Part shown: in pieces, positions 39,168 to 48,417 of the stretch
Layout: every line of letters starts with the position of its first letter
Position numbering within the stretch: position 1 is the stretch's first letter
Virus record (IMG/VR): IMGVR_UViG_3300043778_000098
Span: 1 to 64,000 of that record
Reading direction: 5' to 3' (one strand)
DNA from: a virus
Length of the DNA: 64,000 nucleotides
Made by a program: the position numbers and the translations under genes
Notes under the pieces: model-generated
What the model saw: the letters and a program-made list of their open reading frames with translations, nothing else
Databases searched by the model: none
What the model was told of the DNA's origin: nothing

Positions 39168-40207
39168 GTCTTCCTTCTGACGTTAACGTTCTTCGACTGG
39201 TTGCACCCGAAGTGCGCTAGCTGGGCGTTCTCCAGGGAATGAGCGCCTCCACGGGCGACCGGGATGATGTGGTCGATGCTTTTGGACATGAGGTTGATCT
39301 TTCCAGTACCACGATCGCGATAGGGAAGGTCAGGATCGATCGGCACGAGGCAGAGCTGGCAGATACCGCTGTCGCGCCCCCAGATGAATTTCCTGTCCCT
39401 CTTGGAACTAAAAGTCCGAGGAGCGCGAACCCTGGCCTCAGGTCCGTCGGCCCACCGCTTTCCCGAGAGAACATCAGCCAGCCACCGCCGGTTGACATTG
39501 TATTTCTTCGCTAGCGCAGTCTGCATTCCGTAGCGTCGCCCGGCTTCCTCGTATTCGGCGCGCACCATGTCGACGAACTGCCGGGTGGCCGTTGAAGCGT
39601 GATGGCGCTCGCCGCGCCCCGGGCCGGTAGCCCTGCCTTTGGCCCTCATGTCGGCCGTGTTGCCTGCGGGGGTGTCCTTGAACCAGTGGCTCTCGTTGCA
39701 GCACGGCGGGTTGTCGCAGCGATGGCAGACCATCGTCTCCTGCGTCATCTTGTCGTCCGGGTGGATCTGGTCCCAGGCCCATCGCTGCGCCCGGACCGTG
39801 ACGTACTTCCCGTCCTGCGAGAAGGTGAGGATCGGGTAGCCGTCAGCGTCCCTGCCCTCTGTCCACGGGTGGCAGGCGTCTGCCCCGCTGCTGCGGTCGA
39901 CTCGCGCTTCGTATTTCTCCCACGGGGAGTTTGAGCCGTCGCGGGGCTTGACGCGCCAGTGGGCCAGATTCTGGCACGACCTCAGGCCGCAGGTGTTGCG
40001 CAGCCCGTACCCGGCGGGGACGGGGCCGCGCGAGTTCCGCCACGCCCAGGCGTGCGCTCCGCCCTCTCGATGTCTGCCGTCGTCGTCAGTCCAGGAGAAC
40101 TGGGCGTTGCCGTACTTGTCGATTTTCCCGCTCCAGCCGGTGCAGCCGTCGTCCTGGGGGACCAGCTTCTCCTCGTACCTTTGCCAAGGTTTCTTGCTAG
40201 TGCTCAT
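39164..40207 (-). CDS. multi-domain HNH endonuclease
   Basis: C..W...AH..AW..C....C.N..H; VCHRCDNPPCCN..H; CQLC...SIDHIIP...N.Q.AH..CN. Confidence 0.85.
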   Translation of the reverse strand: MSTSKKPWQRYEEKLVPQDDGCTGWSGKIDKYGNAQFSWTDDDGRHREGGAHAWAWRNSRGPVPAGYGLRNTCGLRSCQNLAHWRVKPRDGSNSPWEKYEARVDRSSGADACHPWTEGRDADGYPILTFSQDGKYVTVRAQRWAWDQIHPDDKMTQETMVCHRCDNPPCCNESHWFKDTPAGNTADMRAKGRATGPGRGERHHASTATRQFVDMVRAEYEEAGRRYGMQTALAKKYNVNRRWLADVLSGKRWADGPEARVRAPRTFSSKRDRKFIWGRDSGICQLCLVPIDPDLPYRDRGTGKINLMSKSIDHIIPVARGGAHSLENAQLAHFGCNQSKNVNVRRKT

Positions 40208-40325
40208 GGCTCGAACTGTAGCAGAAGTTGGAGCATGAATCGAAGCGTAAAATCCAAATGCCCCACCAGATACAACTGGTGAGGCATCGGATGATGGTAC
40301 TAGATATATGCTCTGACCTGGGGTT

Positions 40326-41225
40326 TTAGTACCAGCGAGCCCACATGCGGGGCCGTGCGGCCACAGATCCGGCGATACGCGTCGGAGCGTAGTTTCCGTA
40401 GGTTCCGCCGCTGACCAGAACTCTCGGGCTGCCGTTCATGATGTGGCGGATCTTGAAGACGTCCAGCAGGCCCTTCAGCTCGGCCGTCTCGTCCTTCACC
40501 ACCTCGCGCCACCGGTCGGCGTAGTCGCGGCGGTCCATCCTGGCCACCGGCGGCCCCGCGAACTGCGGCTGCTCGGTGTAGGAGCGGATCAGCTGCTTGA
40601 CGCACTCGACGTAGGCGTAGCTGGCCAGCAGGCCGCCCCAGAACTGGATCGGGTACTGCGGGCCGCCGTTGCCGTCGAGGGTGTAGGAGGACCACGGCTG
40701 GGCGGCGGCGTTGATCTTCTGGAGGGCGATCCCCATCATCTGGGCGGCCCGGCCCCGGCTCCAGTGCGACTGGAAGTAGGCCTGGAGGTTGGGCCCTCCC
40801 CCGGCCGAGTCGAACAGGTCGGCGAACCGCACCCACACCTGGGAGTTGAGGAAGTCCTGCATCTCCGGCGGCAGCGCGTCGTAGTGCGGGTTGGCCGGGC
40901 CGATCTCCAGGTAGGAGGCGTACTGCTGCGGCTGGCCGCCGACCGCGTACGACCAATCGAGCTGCGCGTAGCCGGGGGTCTGCGTGTCGGCGCTGGTCGG
41001 GGTGATGACGTAGACGCCCGCCTGCTGCCGCGCGGCCGTCAGCTCGTCCACGAGGGCGACGGTGCCGTCCGGGTTGTCCATGAAGAGGCGCCCGGTGACC
41101 GACTGGCCGTCCGGGTCGCCCGGCTGGCCGCCGATGTAGACCGCCAGCGTCAGCGGCGGCGCGGAGAACTGGGACACGTAGGCGCGCTCGGTCCAGTCGA
41201 CCAGGCCCGGGTCGGGGATCGTCAT
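40326..41225 (-). CDS. head-to-tail adaptor-like protein
   Basis: WVRFADLFDS..GGP, LIRSYTEQP, DRRDY..RW; resembles Bxz1-type neck proteins as recalled. Confidence 0.65.
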   Translation of the reverse strand: MTIPDPGLVDWTERAYVSQFSAPPLTLAVYIGGQPGDPDGQSVTGRLFMDNPDGTVALVDELTAARQQAGVYVITPTSADTQTPGYAQLDWSYAVGGQPQQYASYLEIGPANPHYDALPPEMQDFLNSQVWVRFADLFDSAGGGPNLQAYFQSHWSRGRAAQMMGIALQKINAAAQPWSSYTLDGNGGPQYPIQFWGGLLASYAYVECVKQLIRSYTEQPQFAGPPVARMDRRDYADRWREVVKDETAELKGLLDVFKIRHIMNGSPRVLVSGGTYGNYAPTRIAGSVAARPRMWARWY

Positions 41226-41226
41226 G

Positions 41227-41883
41227 TCAGAGGCTGTTCCCGCTGGCGTACAGGGAGACCATCGCGATGACCTTCACCCCGATCAGCGTGAGCGGCGTGT
41301 TGTAGACGGAGCCCACCTGCACCTTCACGCCGACCTTGTGCTGCCCGGCGGAGACGCTGGGGATCACCGTCATCGAGTAGGCGTTCGCTCCGGTGCTGGC
41401 CCCGGTGTCGCCGAGGTTGCCGGTGAAGCGGATCTGCTCGCGGTACCCCATGTACTGCTCCACGCCGTCGAACGCGATCGACTGGTAGGCGTCCTGCGTC
41501 TTGGTGTTGGACCAGTTGTAGGTCGCCGTCAGGAAGATCGACAGCGCTGACGGGCGCGGGGTGGTGAACGTCAGGATGTTGAAGACGCCCGACGAGCCGG
41601 GGTTGCACGCCACGTCCAGGTAGGTGCCGCCCGCGAAGACGGGCGCGGAGTCCCGCAGGTCCGCCCAGGCGGTGCCGGTCCAGTACGAGAGCTGCTTGAG
41701 GTCGGTCATGAAGATCAGCCGCCCCGCCTGGGCGGTCCCCCAGGACGGGCGGCTGACCGACGTGCAGATGAACGCCCCGGGGCTGGCGTCCAGGATCCCC
41801 CAGTTCGCCACGAAGTCGCTCAGCTCGAACGGGTCGCTCAGCTGGTTGAGCTTCAGCCCCAGGACGGTCGAGTAGGTGGCCAC
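41227..41883 (-). CDS. putative virion appendage protein
   Basis: T..LGLKL...D.F...D...NW..LD fibre-type N-terminus. Confidence 0.6.
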   Translation of the reverse strand: MATYSTVLGLKLNQLSDPFELSDFVANWGILDASPGAFICTSVSRPSWGTAQAGRLIFMTDLKQLSYWTGTAWADLRDSAPVFAGGTYLDVACNPGSSGVFNILTFTTPRPSALSIFLTATYNWSNTKTQDAYQSIAFDGVEQYMGYREQIRFTGNLGDTGASTGANAYSMTVIPSVSAGQHKVGVKVQVGSVYNTPLTLIGVKVIAMVSLYASGNSL

Positions 41884-41886
41884 CGG

Positions 41887-44223
41887 CTAGCCGCCCAGCC
41901 CGGTGCCGCTTTTAATTGTGCCGTCGGGCTTGTAGATCGGGTTGATCGTGTTGGCCGGGTCGAGGGAGCCGGTCCCGACGTTGATCGACCCCTCGCTGCC
42001 CGGCTGCGCCTCGTTGTAGTTCAGCGGCACCACGTAGGCCGAGTAGGCGCTGAACGGGCCGAGGCCGAGCTGGTTGCCCGCCGCGACCTTGAACCGGTAC
42101 CCCTGGGTGTAGGGGGTGCTCCCCGACGGCGTGTAGATGACCGGGTCGTTCGGCAGGATCCCCTGGGTGAAGACCGCCGACACCGACGACGGGTCGGCCC
42201 CGTACCAGTACTCGGCGATGATCGTGTCGCCGGACTCGGCGTTGACCGACCCCTCGGCGAGCAGGATCTCGTAGGTCACCCACGGGCCGATGCCGGTCGC
42301 GGTGATCGTGTAGTCGTACCCGTACTCCAGGACCAGCCCGTCGGCCTGGAGGGGGTCCGCCTCGCCGCCGGCGATCTCGCCGCTTGTCAGGATCGACTGC
42401 TGCGAGGAGGTGACGTCCTTGACGACGACCTGGTGCTTCGGGGTGAGGATCCCGGACTGGGACAGGACCGGCGCCGTGGTGTCAGCCGTCGGGGCGTGCG
42501 CGCCCGAGGAGGTGGGCGGCGCCGTCAGGGTCAGCCCGGTGCCGATCGCCGTCGGCGAGCCCAGGGCCTGCTGCCGGGTGAAGGTGCTGCCCCCGGCCTG
42601 GGTCACGTAGGCGTACCAGTGGGTGGCCCCCGCCTCGGCGGCGGGCGACGGGATGGTGATCGTCGAGGTCGACCCCGTGGTGGTGACGGGCCCATTGGCC
42701 GAGGCGACAGTCTCGCCGTTGCCGCCGACGTAGGTCACCTTGACGCCGTAGGTGCCGGCCAGGACGGTGCCGCCGGTGGTGGCGGTGGTCGGGGACGGGG
42801 CCCCGGGCGCGGCCAGGGCCGCCGCCAGCAGGACGAGGGTGTCGGCCTGGTAGGTCGGCTGGCCGACGCTCGCCCCGCCCGAGGGGGACGGCTGCCCGTA
42901 GTCGACCGGCTGGCCGGTGGCGGGCACGTACATCGTCCCCAGGTCCTGGCACTGGAGCAGGTAGTACTGGACCGGGACGAGGCCCGACGGGGGCGTCCAG
43001 GTGATCTTCGCGCCCCGGTTGACGGCCGTCGCGGAGGTGATCGACGGGGCGCCGGGCACCGAGGCGGGCGGGTTGGAGTCCCAGTAGGTGGCGTCGCCGT
43101 AGCTGTAGGCGGCGCTGACGTTGTTCCCGGCGGTGAAGTTGGTGCCGGTCTCCAGCTCGACGTAGGCGACGGTGGTGGGGCCGTTCCCGGCCGTCGTCAC
43201 CGTGTAGTCGGTGCCGAGCACCAGGGTCCCGCTGGTGGTGGTGTCGGTCAGCACCAGGGTGGAGGGGACCACGCCCTGCTGGCTGAGGTAGTACGGCGTC
43301 GATGCCTGCGCGGCGGCGAACGCGTCGGTCTGCGAGGCCAGGGAGGTGGGCTCGGCGGGCGCCCCGATGTAGCTGGTGTCCACCGTCTGCGCCGCGTACG
43401 AGGCGTCGGTCTGGAGCGGGTTCGCGTTGACGGCGTTGCCGAGGATGTCGGTGAGCGTCGTGTCCTTGACGCCCGCCGCCACCCCGGCCGACGGGGCCCG
43501 GTAGCCGGGCGGCGAGGAGTACATGGACGGCACCAGGTCGGAGCCGCCGGCGATGGTGGTGTCGAGGGTGCCGGAGTAGTCGTTGGCCGACGGGGCGAAG
43601 TCCTCCGGCAGCCCCCCGCCGTACACCGGGTTGGTGTCGGGGGCGCCCGACGGCCACCCGAACGCGCCGGGCTCGACCTCCGTGACCGCGTACTCCGAGC
43701 CGGGGGCGCCGGTCTCCGAGCTGGACTGGGCGCCCATCGCCGGGTCGGTGAGGGACCCGCCCGCCGCCTGCTCGCCGAGCCCGGCGACAGTGGACCCGGT
43801 GGTCGCCTGGTCGGACGCCTCGAAGGCGGTGCCCGCCGGGGCGGCGCCGCCCTCGCCCTGGAACTCGCCGAAGTTGTAGCTGGTGTCGGGGACGGTGCCG
43901 TACCGGTAGGTGACCTTGCAGGTGTCCCCGTTGGAGGAGACCGAGCTGCCCGAGACGCGGGTGACCGAGTACGTCCACGTCTCCGGCTTGCTCCCCGAGG
44001 AGGTCAGCGTGTAGTCGGTGCCCAGGACCAGCGCGTGGCCGCTGGTGGAGTCGTAGACCGTGATGACGTCCGCCGTCGGGGACGCCCCTGCGGTCTCCGC
44101 CGACGGGTAGGAGACGATCCCGGTCCTGCTGAGCGCGGCCGGGGCGGCCGAGATCGTGATGGTGTCGGTCTGCTCGACGACGCTTTCGAGCGGGACTCCG
44201 TAGAAGTCGGGGGGTGTGGTCAT
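41887..44223 (-). CDS. virion protein with Ig/FN3-like repeats
   Basis: LVLGTDYT repeats, VPGAP...ITWTPP, YRFKVAAGN..G.GPFS. Confidence 0.7.
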   Translation of the reverse strand: MTTPPDFYGVPLESVVEQTDTITISAAPAALSRTGIVSYPSAETAGASPTADVITVYDSTSGHALVLGTDYTLTSSGSKPETWTYSVTRVSGSSVSSNGDTCKVTYRYGTVPDTSYNFGEFQGEGGAAPAGTAFEASDQATTGSTVAGLGEQAAGGSLTDPAMGAQSSSETGAPGSEYAVTEVEPGAFGWPSGAPDTNPVYGGGLPEDFAPSANDYSGTLDTTIAGGSDLVPSMYSSPPGYRAPSAGVAAGVKDTTLTDILGNAVNANPLQTDASYAAQTVDTSYIGAPAEPTSLASQTDAFAAAQASTPYYLSQQGVVPSTLVLTDTTTSGTLVLGTDYTVTTAGNGPTTVAYVELETGTNFTAGNNVSAAYSYGDATYWDSNPPASVPGAPSITSATAVNRGAKITWTPPSGLVPVQYYLLQCQDLGTMYVPATGQPVDYGQPSPSGGASVGQPTYQADTLVLLAAALAAPGAPSPTTATTGGTVLAGTYGVKVTYVGGNGETVASANGPVTTTGSTSTITIPSPAAEAGATHWYAYVTQAGGSTFTRQQALGSPTAIGTGLTLTAPPTSSGAHAPTADTTAPVLSQSGILTPKHQVVVKDVTSSQQSILTSGEIAGGEADPLQADGLVLEYGYDYTITATGIGPWVTYEILLAEGSVNAESGDTIIAEYWYGADPSSVSAVFTQGILPNDPVIYTPSGSTPYTQGYRFKVAAGNQLGLGPFSAYSAYVVPLNYNEAQPGSEGSINVGTGSLDPANTINPIYKPDGTIKSGTGLGG

Positions 44224-44645
44224 CCTGCGCTCCGGTCAGTGCTGTCTTCGACCGTCGTCATCGGGCCGATGCTGGACGCGTGGTTCTGCCAGGAGGCGGT
44301 GTGGTCGCGCGTGCGGATCTCGCCGCTGGCGGCGTCCAGCTCCATCCCCGCCTCTTCCAGGGCGCGCCTGGCCCGGCCGGCGGCCTCCGTCACCCGGCGC
44401 TTGTCGTCGTCCGGGTCGCCCCGGTTGACGGTGAGCCCGGGGCTGGTCTGCACGACGTTCGGGCTCACTTCCTCGTCCTGCGGGTCCATCGCCCGCAGCG
44501 CCCAGGCCAGGTCGGTGGCCCGTGCGAACGAGAACGCGTTGGTGACCCCGGTCAGGGCGGTGTGCGGGGCCCCGGGCCCGGCGGTGTCGGTGGTGTCGTA
44601 CGTGCCGGTCATCAGGGCCGGGTCGGGGACTCGCCGCAGGCTCAC
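44220..44645 (-). CDS. hypothetical virion protein
   Basis: Coupled to the next gene. Confidence 0.6.
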   Translation of the reverse strand: MSLRRVPDPALMTGTYDTTDTAGPGAPHTALTGVTNAFSFARATDLAWALRAMDPQDEEVSPNVVQTSPGLTVNRGDPDDDKRRVTEAAGRARRALEEAGMELDAASGEIRTRDHTASWQNHASSIGPMTTVEDSTDRSAG

Positions 44646-44857
44646 TCGTCTCTCCCGATCTTATTCTCGATCGCCATGACGGCCGCGCGGGCGTACCGGA
44701 TGACGCCGAGGCGGCGCTCCTCCGGGAAATCCGGGGGGAGGTTGATCCCCAGGTAGACGTCGACCCGCGAGCCCGAGGTGACGACCCGGCAGCCAGTGTG
44801 GTCGCTCGTCACCGTCTGCTCGACCATCCCCTCTCGCTCGACCGTCACGGTGTTCAC
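44642..44857 (-). CDS. hypothetical protein
   Basis: ORF track, operon packing. Confidence 0.55.
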   Translation of the reverse strand: MNTVTVEREGMVEQTVTSDHTGCRVVTSGSRVDVYLGINLPPDFPEERRLGVIRYARAAVMAIENKIGRDE

Positions 44858-44858
44858 G

Positions 44859-45080
44859 TCAGCCTGCGCCCAGTTCTTCCGCGATCTCCCGCGCCGCTTT
44901 CGCGGCTGCCGCCCTGAGGCTCTCGACGACCTCTGGTTCGACGCCCGGCGGCAGCTGCACCGATACGGTGATGCACGCGTCGGCCTTCGCCTCCGTCACC
45001 ACGACGCTGCACGTCACCAGGTCACCGGTGAGACGGCTCTTCACTTCCCCGATTTCCTCGGGGGCCATCGTCCCTGCCAT
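44859..45080 (-). CDS. hypothetical protein
   Basis: TGATG coupling; 3' part of the ORF-track entry. Confidence 0.55.
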   Translation of the reverse strand: MAGTMAPEEIGEVKSRLTGDLVTCSVVVTEAKADACITVSVQLPPGVEPEVVESLRAAAAKAAREIAEELGAG

Positions 45081-45616
45081 CAGAACCCGCTCTCCTCGAA
45101 GACCCAGGGGCCGTCGCCGCGCTTGACGCACCGGTCCGACATCTGCCGGTGCCGGTCGCACAGCGGCGGCCGGGCGGCGGCGTCCTTCGCCTTCAGCGGC
45201 ACCTGCTCGCCGCAGGGCGAGTCCTCGCGGGAGCCCGGCCCGATGCAGACGACGACCAGGATGTCGTCCTCGCTGGGGGAGTCGATCACCTCGCGGGCGG
45301 CGGTCTCCTGCGCCCTCATCCGGTCCCGGAAGGCGCTGGTCTGGCGGCTCATCGCCTGGACGACGACCGGGTGGTCCTCGCCCTCGATGACCTTCAGGAC
45401 CCCCTTGCGGAGCGCCTGCTGGAACGAGATGGTGCGCAGCAGGGCGTCCGGGATGGGCTGGACGTCGTTCCCGTCGGGGTCGTCCTTCCCGGCGAAGATA
45501 GTCTCGTAGTTGCGCTTGGCGTCGGCGGCGATGACGGTCGGCCCGGCCATCTGGTTCTGGCACATGACGGCCAGGGCGTCGCCGGGTGTGGGTGATGCGG
45601 CATCCATGATGGTCAC
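45080..45616 (-). CDS. phage hypothetical protein with C-terminal Cys/His motif
   Basis: AGGAGG RBS; CIGPG...C...PPLCDRH. Confidence 0.7.
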   Translation of the reverse strand: MTIMDAASPTPGDALAVMCQNQMAGPTVIAADAKRNYETIFAGKDDPDGNDVQPIPDALLRTISFQQALRKGVLKVIEGEDHPVVVQAMSRQTSAFRDRMRAQETAAREVIDSPSEDDILVVVCIGPGSREDSPCGEQVPLKAKDAAARPPLCDRHRQMSDRCVKRGDGPWVFEESGF

Positions 45617-45650
45617 GTTTGATCCTCCTAAGCCTTCCGTGGCGCGGCGG

Positions 45651-45977
45651 TCAGCCCAGCACGAGCCACGCCACCGTGGAGGCGTCGGTGGCCGAGGAGG
45701 AGGCGATGGTGAAGCCGCCGCCGGGGCTGACGGACGGCACCGACAGGTGGCCGAGGGTCCCCGACGGGGTCATGCGGGACACCAGGACGGGCGACCCCGA
45801 GGTCACCGACGCGGCGCTCACGCTGACGCTGCCGCCGGACAGGGTCGCCTTCCCCCACTGCACGGAGGGCAGGGCGTCCAGCTGGGCGGCCATCGCGGTC
45901 AGGACGTCGGAGATGGCGTTGTGCGCGGCCACGTGGCCGGTCTGGCCGGGGGCGGCGTTGTCAGGCGGGATGGTCAC
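45651..45977 (-). CDS. putative virion protein
   Basis: GAGGAGG RBS; G.ATL.GG.V.V..., F.I.SSSATD.STVAW. Confidence 0.65.
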   Translation of the reverse strand: MTIPPDNAAPGQTGHVAAHNAISDVLTAMAAQLDALPSVQWGKATLSGGSVSVSAASVTSGSPVLVSRMTPSGTLGHLSVPSVSPGGGFTIASSSATDASTVAWLVLG

Positions 45978-46031
45978 GGGTCGCCTCCTCACCGCTTCCG
46001 GGGGGAGGCCTCAACGGCGGGAACATCAGGG

Positions 46032-46105
46032 CGGGGCTGGCCAGATTCGAACTGGCGACAACCCGCTTAGGAGGCGGGTGCTCTATCCGGCTGAGCTACA
46101 GCTCC
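46032..46105 (-). tRNA. trnR: tRNA-Arg(CCT)
   Basis: Cloverleaf; CCCGC-CT CCT AA-GCGGG. Confidence 0.9.
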
Positions 46106-46106
46106 A

Positions 46107-46181
46107 TGGAGGCGGTAACCAGAGTCGAACTGGTGTGACGCGCTTTGCAGGCGCGGGCCTGGGCCGCTCGGCCATACCGCC
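46107..46181 (-). tRNA. trnC: tRNA-Cys(GCA)
   Basis: Cloverleaf with encoded CCA. Confidence 0.9.
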
Positions 46182-46393
46182 GGGTAACTGGGCGCCTCCC
46201 CGTCCTATCCGCCGGGCGGTGCCCGGTTCTCCCTTCGTCCGGCCGTTCATGGTTCGGGGACTGGTCAGGGGGCTGTTGTAACCGGGTTTGGATCCCCGGC
46301 GACCTGGGAGGCGCAACCGCCCAGGCTACTCTCGGCAGGAGGCCGGCAGGGGGCTTAGCCCGAAGGCGGTGTAAGCCTGCTCGCCTGCCGGCC

Positions 46394-46468
46394 TGGCGTC
46401 CCCAACAGGACTCGAACCTGTGCGCGCGGCTCCGGAGGCCGCAGCTCTATCCGCTGAGCTATGAGGAC
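46394..46468 (-). tRNA. trnR: tRNA-Arg(CCG)
   Basis: Cloverleaf with CCA. Confidence 0.9.
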
Positions 46469-46548
46469 CCGGCATAGCCAGGCAGGGACCGCGCAGACTC
46501 CAGGAGACCCTGCGGGCGGCGGGCGCCATTTAGTTCCCTGCCCGGCCG

Positions 46549-46629
46549 AGGCGGCACCAGGTGTCGAGCCTGGTCTGTCGGAGACAACGGTTTTACGGAC
46601 CGCCGGGCGTGCCGCCGCCCACTACCGCC
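46549..46629 (-). tRNA. trnY: tRNA-Tyr(GTA), atypical
   Basis: Loop CC GTA AA, long variable arm, T-loop CTCGACA. Confidence 0.6.
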
Positions 46630-46736
46630 ATGTAGACGATGAGCACACCGGGCGCGAGGCCGGCGATCTCCAGCTCCGCGAGAGCGTTAAATCCGGCTGC
46701 GCTGGCGTGCTGCGTATTGCACTATGCTCACCGCCG

Positions 46737-46809
46737 AGGGTCGCACGGGATTCGAACCCGTCAATAACGGCCTCACAAACCGCTGCCTCAGCCACTTGGC
46801 TCGCGACCC
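46737..46809 (-). tRNA. trnH: tRNA-His(GTG), no encoded G-1/C73
   Basis: Cloverleaf; loop TT GTG AG. Confidence 0.75.
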
Positions 46810-46883
46810 GGTGCCCGATGGGGGACTCGAACCCCCGGCATCCTCGGTGTGGGCGAGGCGCTCTCCCGCTGAGCTAACCGGAC
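46810..46883 (-). tRNA. trnV: tRNA-Val(CAC)
   Basis: Loop CC CAC AC. Confidence 0.85.
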
Positions 46884-46993
46884 ATGGGGCAGGGAAAGGG
46901 ACTACTCGGCCGGCCTCGCCTTTCGTCCCCGGGCGTTCCTTCCCGACGGCTGACCACGTGTTTCGGCACGCTCCGGCCTTACTCCCTGCCTTG

Positions 46994-47065
46994 TGCGCCC
47001 GGAGGGAATCGAACCCCCACACACGGTTCCGTAGACCGCAGCTCTATCCGTTGAGCTACGGGCGC
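46994..47065 (-). tRNA. trnR: tRNA-Arg(ACG)
   Basis: Loop CT ACG GA. Confidence 0.9.
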
Positions 47066-47100
47066 GTACTGGGGCGGCCCGGCTGCGCAGCCGGGCCGCT

Positions 47101-47178
47101 AAGGGCAGGCGGGACTCGAACCCGCATGCGTGGTCTGACATACCGCGCGTCAACGTCTGCCGATTTCGCCACTACCCT
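47101..47178 (-). tRNA. tRNA-like RNA with extended anticodon arm (GTC in loop)
   Basis: Leu-like D arm and canonical T arm, irregular anticodon stem. Confidence 0.45.
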
Positions 47179-47182
47179 CCCG

Positions 47183-47254
47183 TGGGCGTACCTGGATTTG
47201 AACCAGGGACCTCTTCCGTGTCGGGGAAACGCGCTTCCGCTGCGCCACACGCCC
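47183..47254 (-). tRNA. trnV: tRNA-Val(GAC)
   Basis: Loop CC GAC AC. Confidence 0.85.
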
Positions 47255-47433
47255 ATCGATCGCCGCCTGTTCAGTCTCAGGTCCGTCCCGTGGGATGCGA
47301 GCCCCGGTTGCGCCGGGGAGTCGCGGCGATCATGCCCGGGGATTCGGAGAACCTTGTCCCGGATCGATCCAGGAACGCGCCGCCCGGTCGGCGCATATGC
47401 AGGACTCTAGCAACAAAAGCTGTCTTCGTCCAG

Positions 47434-47509
47434 CGGTCGAGACGGGATTCGAACCCGCGATGCCCTCCTTGACGGGGAGGTGGGGACGGCCAGGCTCCCC
47501 TACACGACC
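47434..47509 (-). tRNA. trnD: tRNA-Asp(GTC)
   Basis: Loop CC GTC AA. Confidence 0.85.
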
Positions 47510-47597
47510 ATTGACGCCGATATTTCGGGTCCCCGGTTTCCCGTGCTATCGGAGCACGGGACCTGAGGCCGCGTTCTTCGCCTCGGCGCGGGCGAAG

Positions 47598-47669
47598 CTC
47601 CGGAGTTCAGACTCGAACTGAAAACCCTCCGCTTAACGGGCGGACGCTCTGCCATTGAGCTACACCGGA
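47598..47669 (-). tRNA. trnN: tRNA-Asn(GTT)
   Basis: Loop CC GTT AA. Confidence 0.85.
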
Positions 47670-47843
47670 TCGCCCCCTCTCGCGGCCCCGCAGCGAGGGG
47701 GAGGCTGCGCTCAGGCGCCGGAGTGACGGCTCCGGCCGGGCCTTCCCTTTCGAGGCGTCGGCAGGGTGGGCCGACTGGAACCTCCCGCTGGCGAACAAGA
47801 CCCAATACGACCCGGGCGTAAAGGAGCCAGCCGGGAATGCCTC

Positions 47844-47912
47844 GCGGACGAGGCGGGACTCGAACCCGCCGGCTCCCCGAGGGGTCTCGGTTGCGCCCGT
47901 GCCTACTCGCCT
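47844..47912 (-). ncRNA. anticodon-less tRNA-like element
   Basis: Intact T arm GCGGG-TTCGAGT-CCCGC; CCGAG-ACCC-CTCGG in place of the anticodon arm. Confidence 0.45.
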
Positions 47913-47913
47913 T

Positions 47914-47990
47914 TGGTGGCGGGGGCAGGATTCGAACCTGCGTTCTTCGGATTATGAGTCCGACGAGCTACCGAACTGCTCCACCCCGCG
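47914..47990 (-). tRNA. trnM: initiator-type tRNA-fMet(CAT)
   Basis: CGCGGGGTGGAGCAG start, unpaired C1, CCA end. Confidence 0.85.
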
Positions 47991-48022
47991 CCGCCAGCCC
48001 AGCCTAGCATCGTCTGGCTCTG

Positions 48023-48095
48023 CTCCCCCAGCGAGATTCGAACTCGCGCCCTCGCCTTGAAGGGGCGGTGACCTGGGCCGCTAGTCAATGGGGGC
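48023..48095 (-). tRNA. trnE: tRNA-Glu(TTC)
   Basis: Loop CC TTC AA. Confidence 0.75.
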
Positions 48096-48174
48096 GGGCT
48101 GCTCACCGGGAGGGCGGATGCCACAGACTGTGCTCGCACCCCCTGGCCAGGGAGCCCCTCCCGGTGAGCAGACG

Positions 48175-48249
48175 TAGCCCCGACCGGCTTCGAACCGGCG
48201 TCGCCGCCTTGAGAGGGCGGTGTCCTGAGCCTGACTAGACGACAGGGCC
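48175..48249 (-). tRNA. trnE: tRNA-Glu(CTC)
   Basis: Loop CT CTC AA. Confidence 0.9.
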
Positions 48250-48336
48250 GTGGTCCGGCGGCTTGACCGACCGCACGGGGAGGGCCCGGGGCTAGCACCC
48301 GGGTCCACGGAGCCCGTCTTAAGTGGGCCAGTCTCG

Positions 48337-48411
48337 CGCGCCGAGAGGGATTCGAACCCCCAGCACAGGGCTTAGAAGACCCTGGGTCTGTCCGATTGAC
48401 TGTACCGGCGC
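48337..48411 (-). tRNA. trnR: tRNA-Arg(TCT)
   Basis: Loop CT TCT AA. Confidence 0.8.
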
Positions 48412-48417
48412 TCAGTT

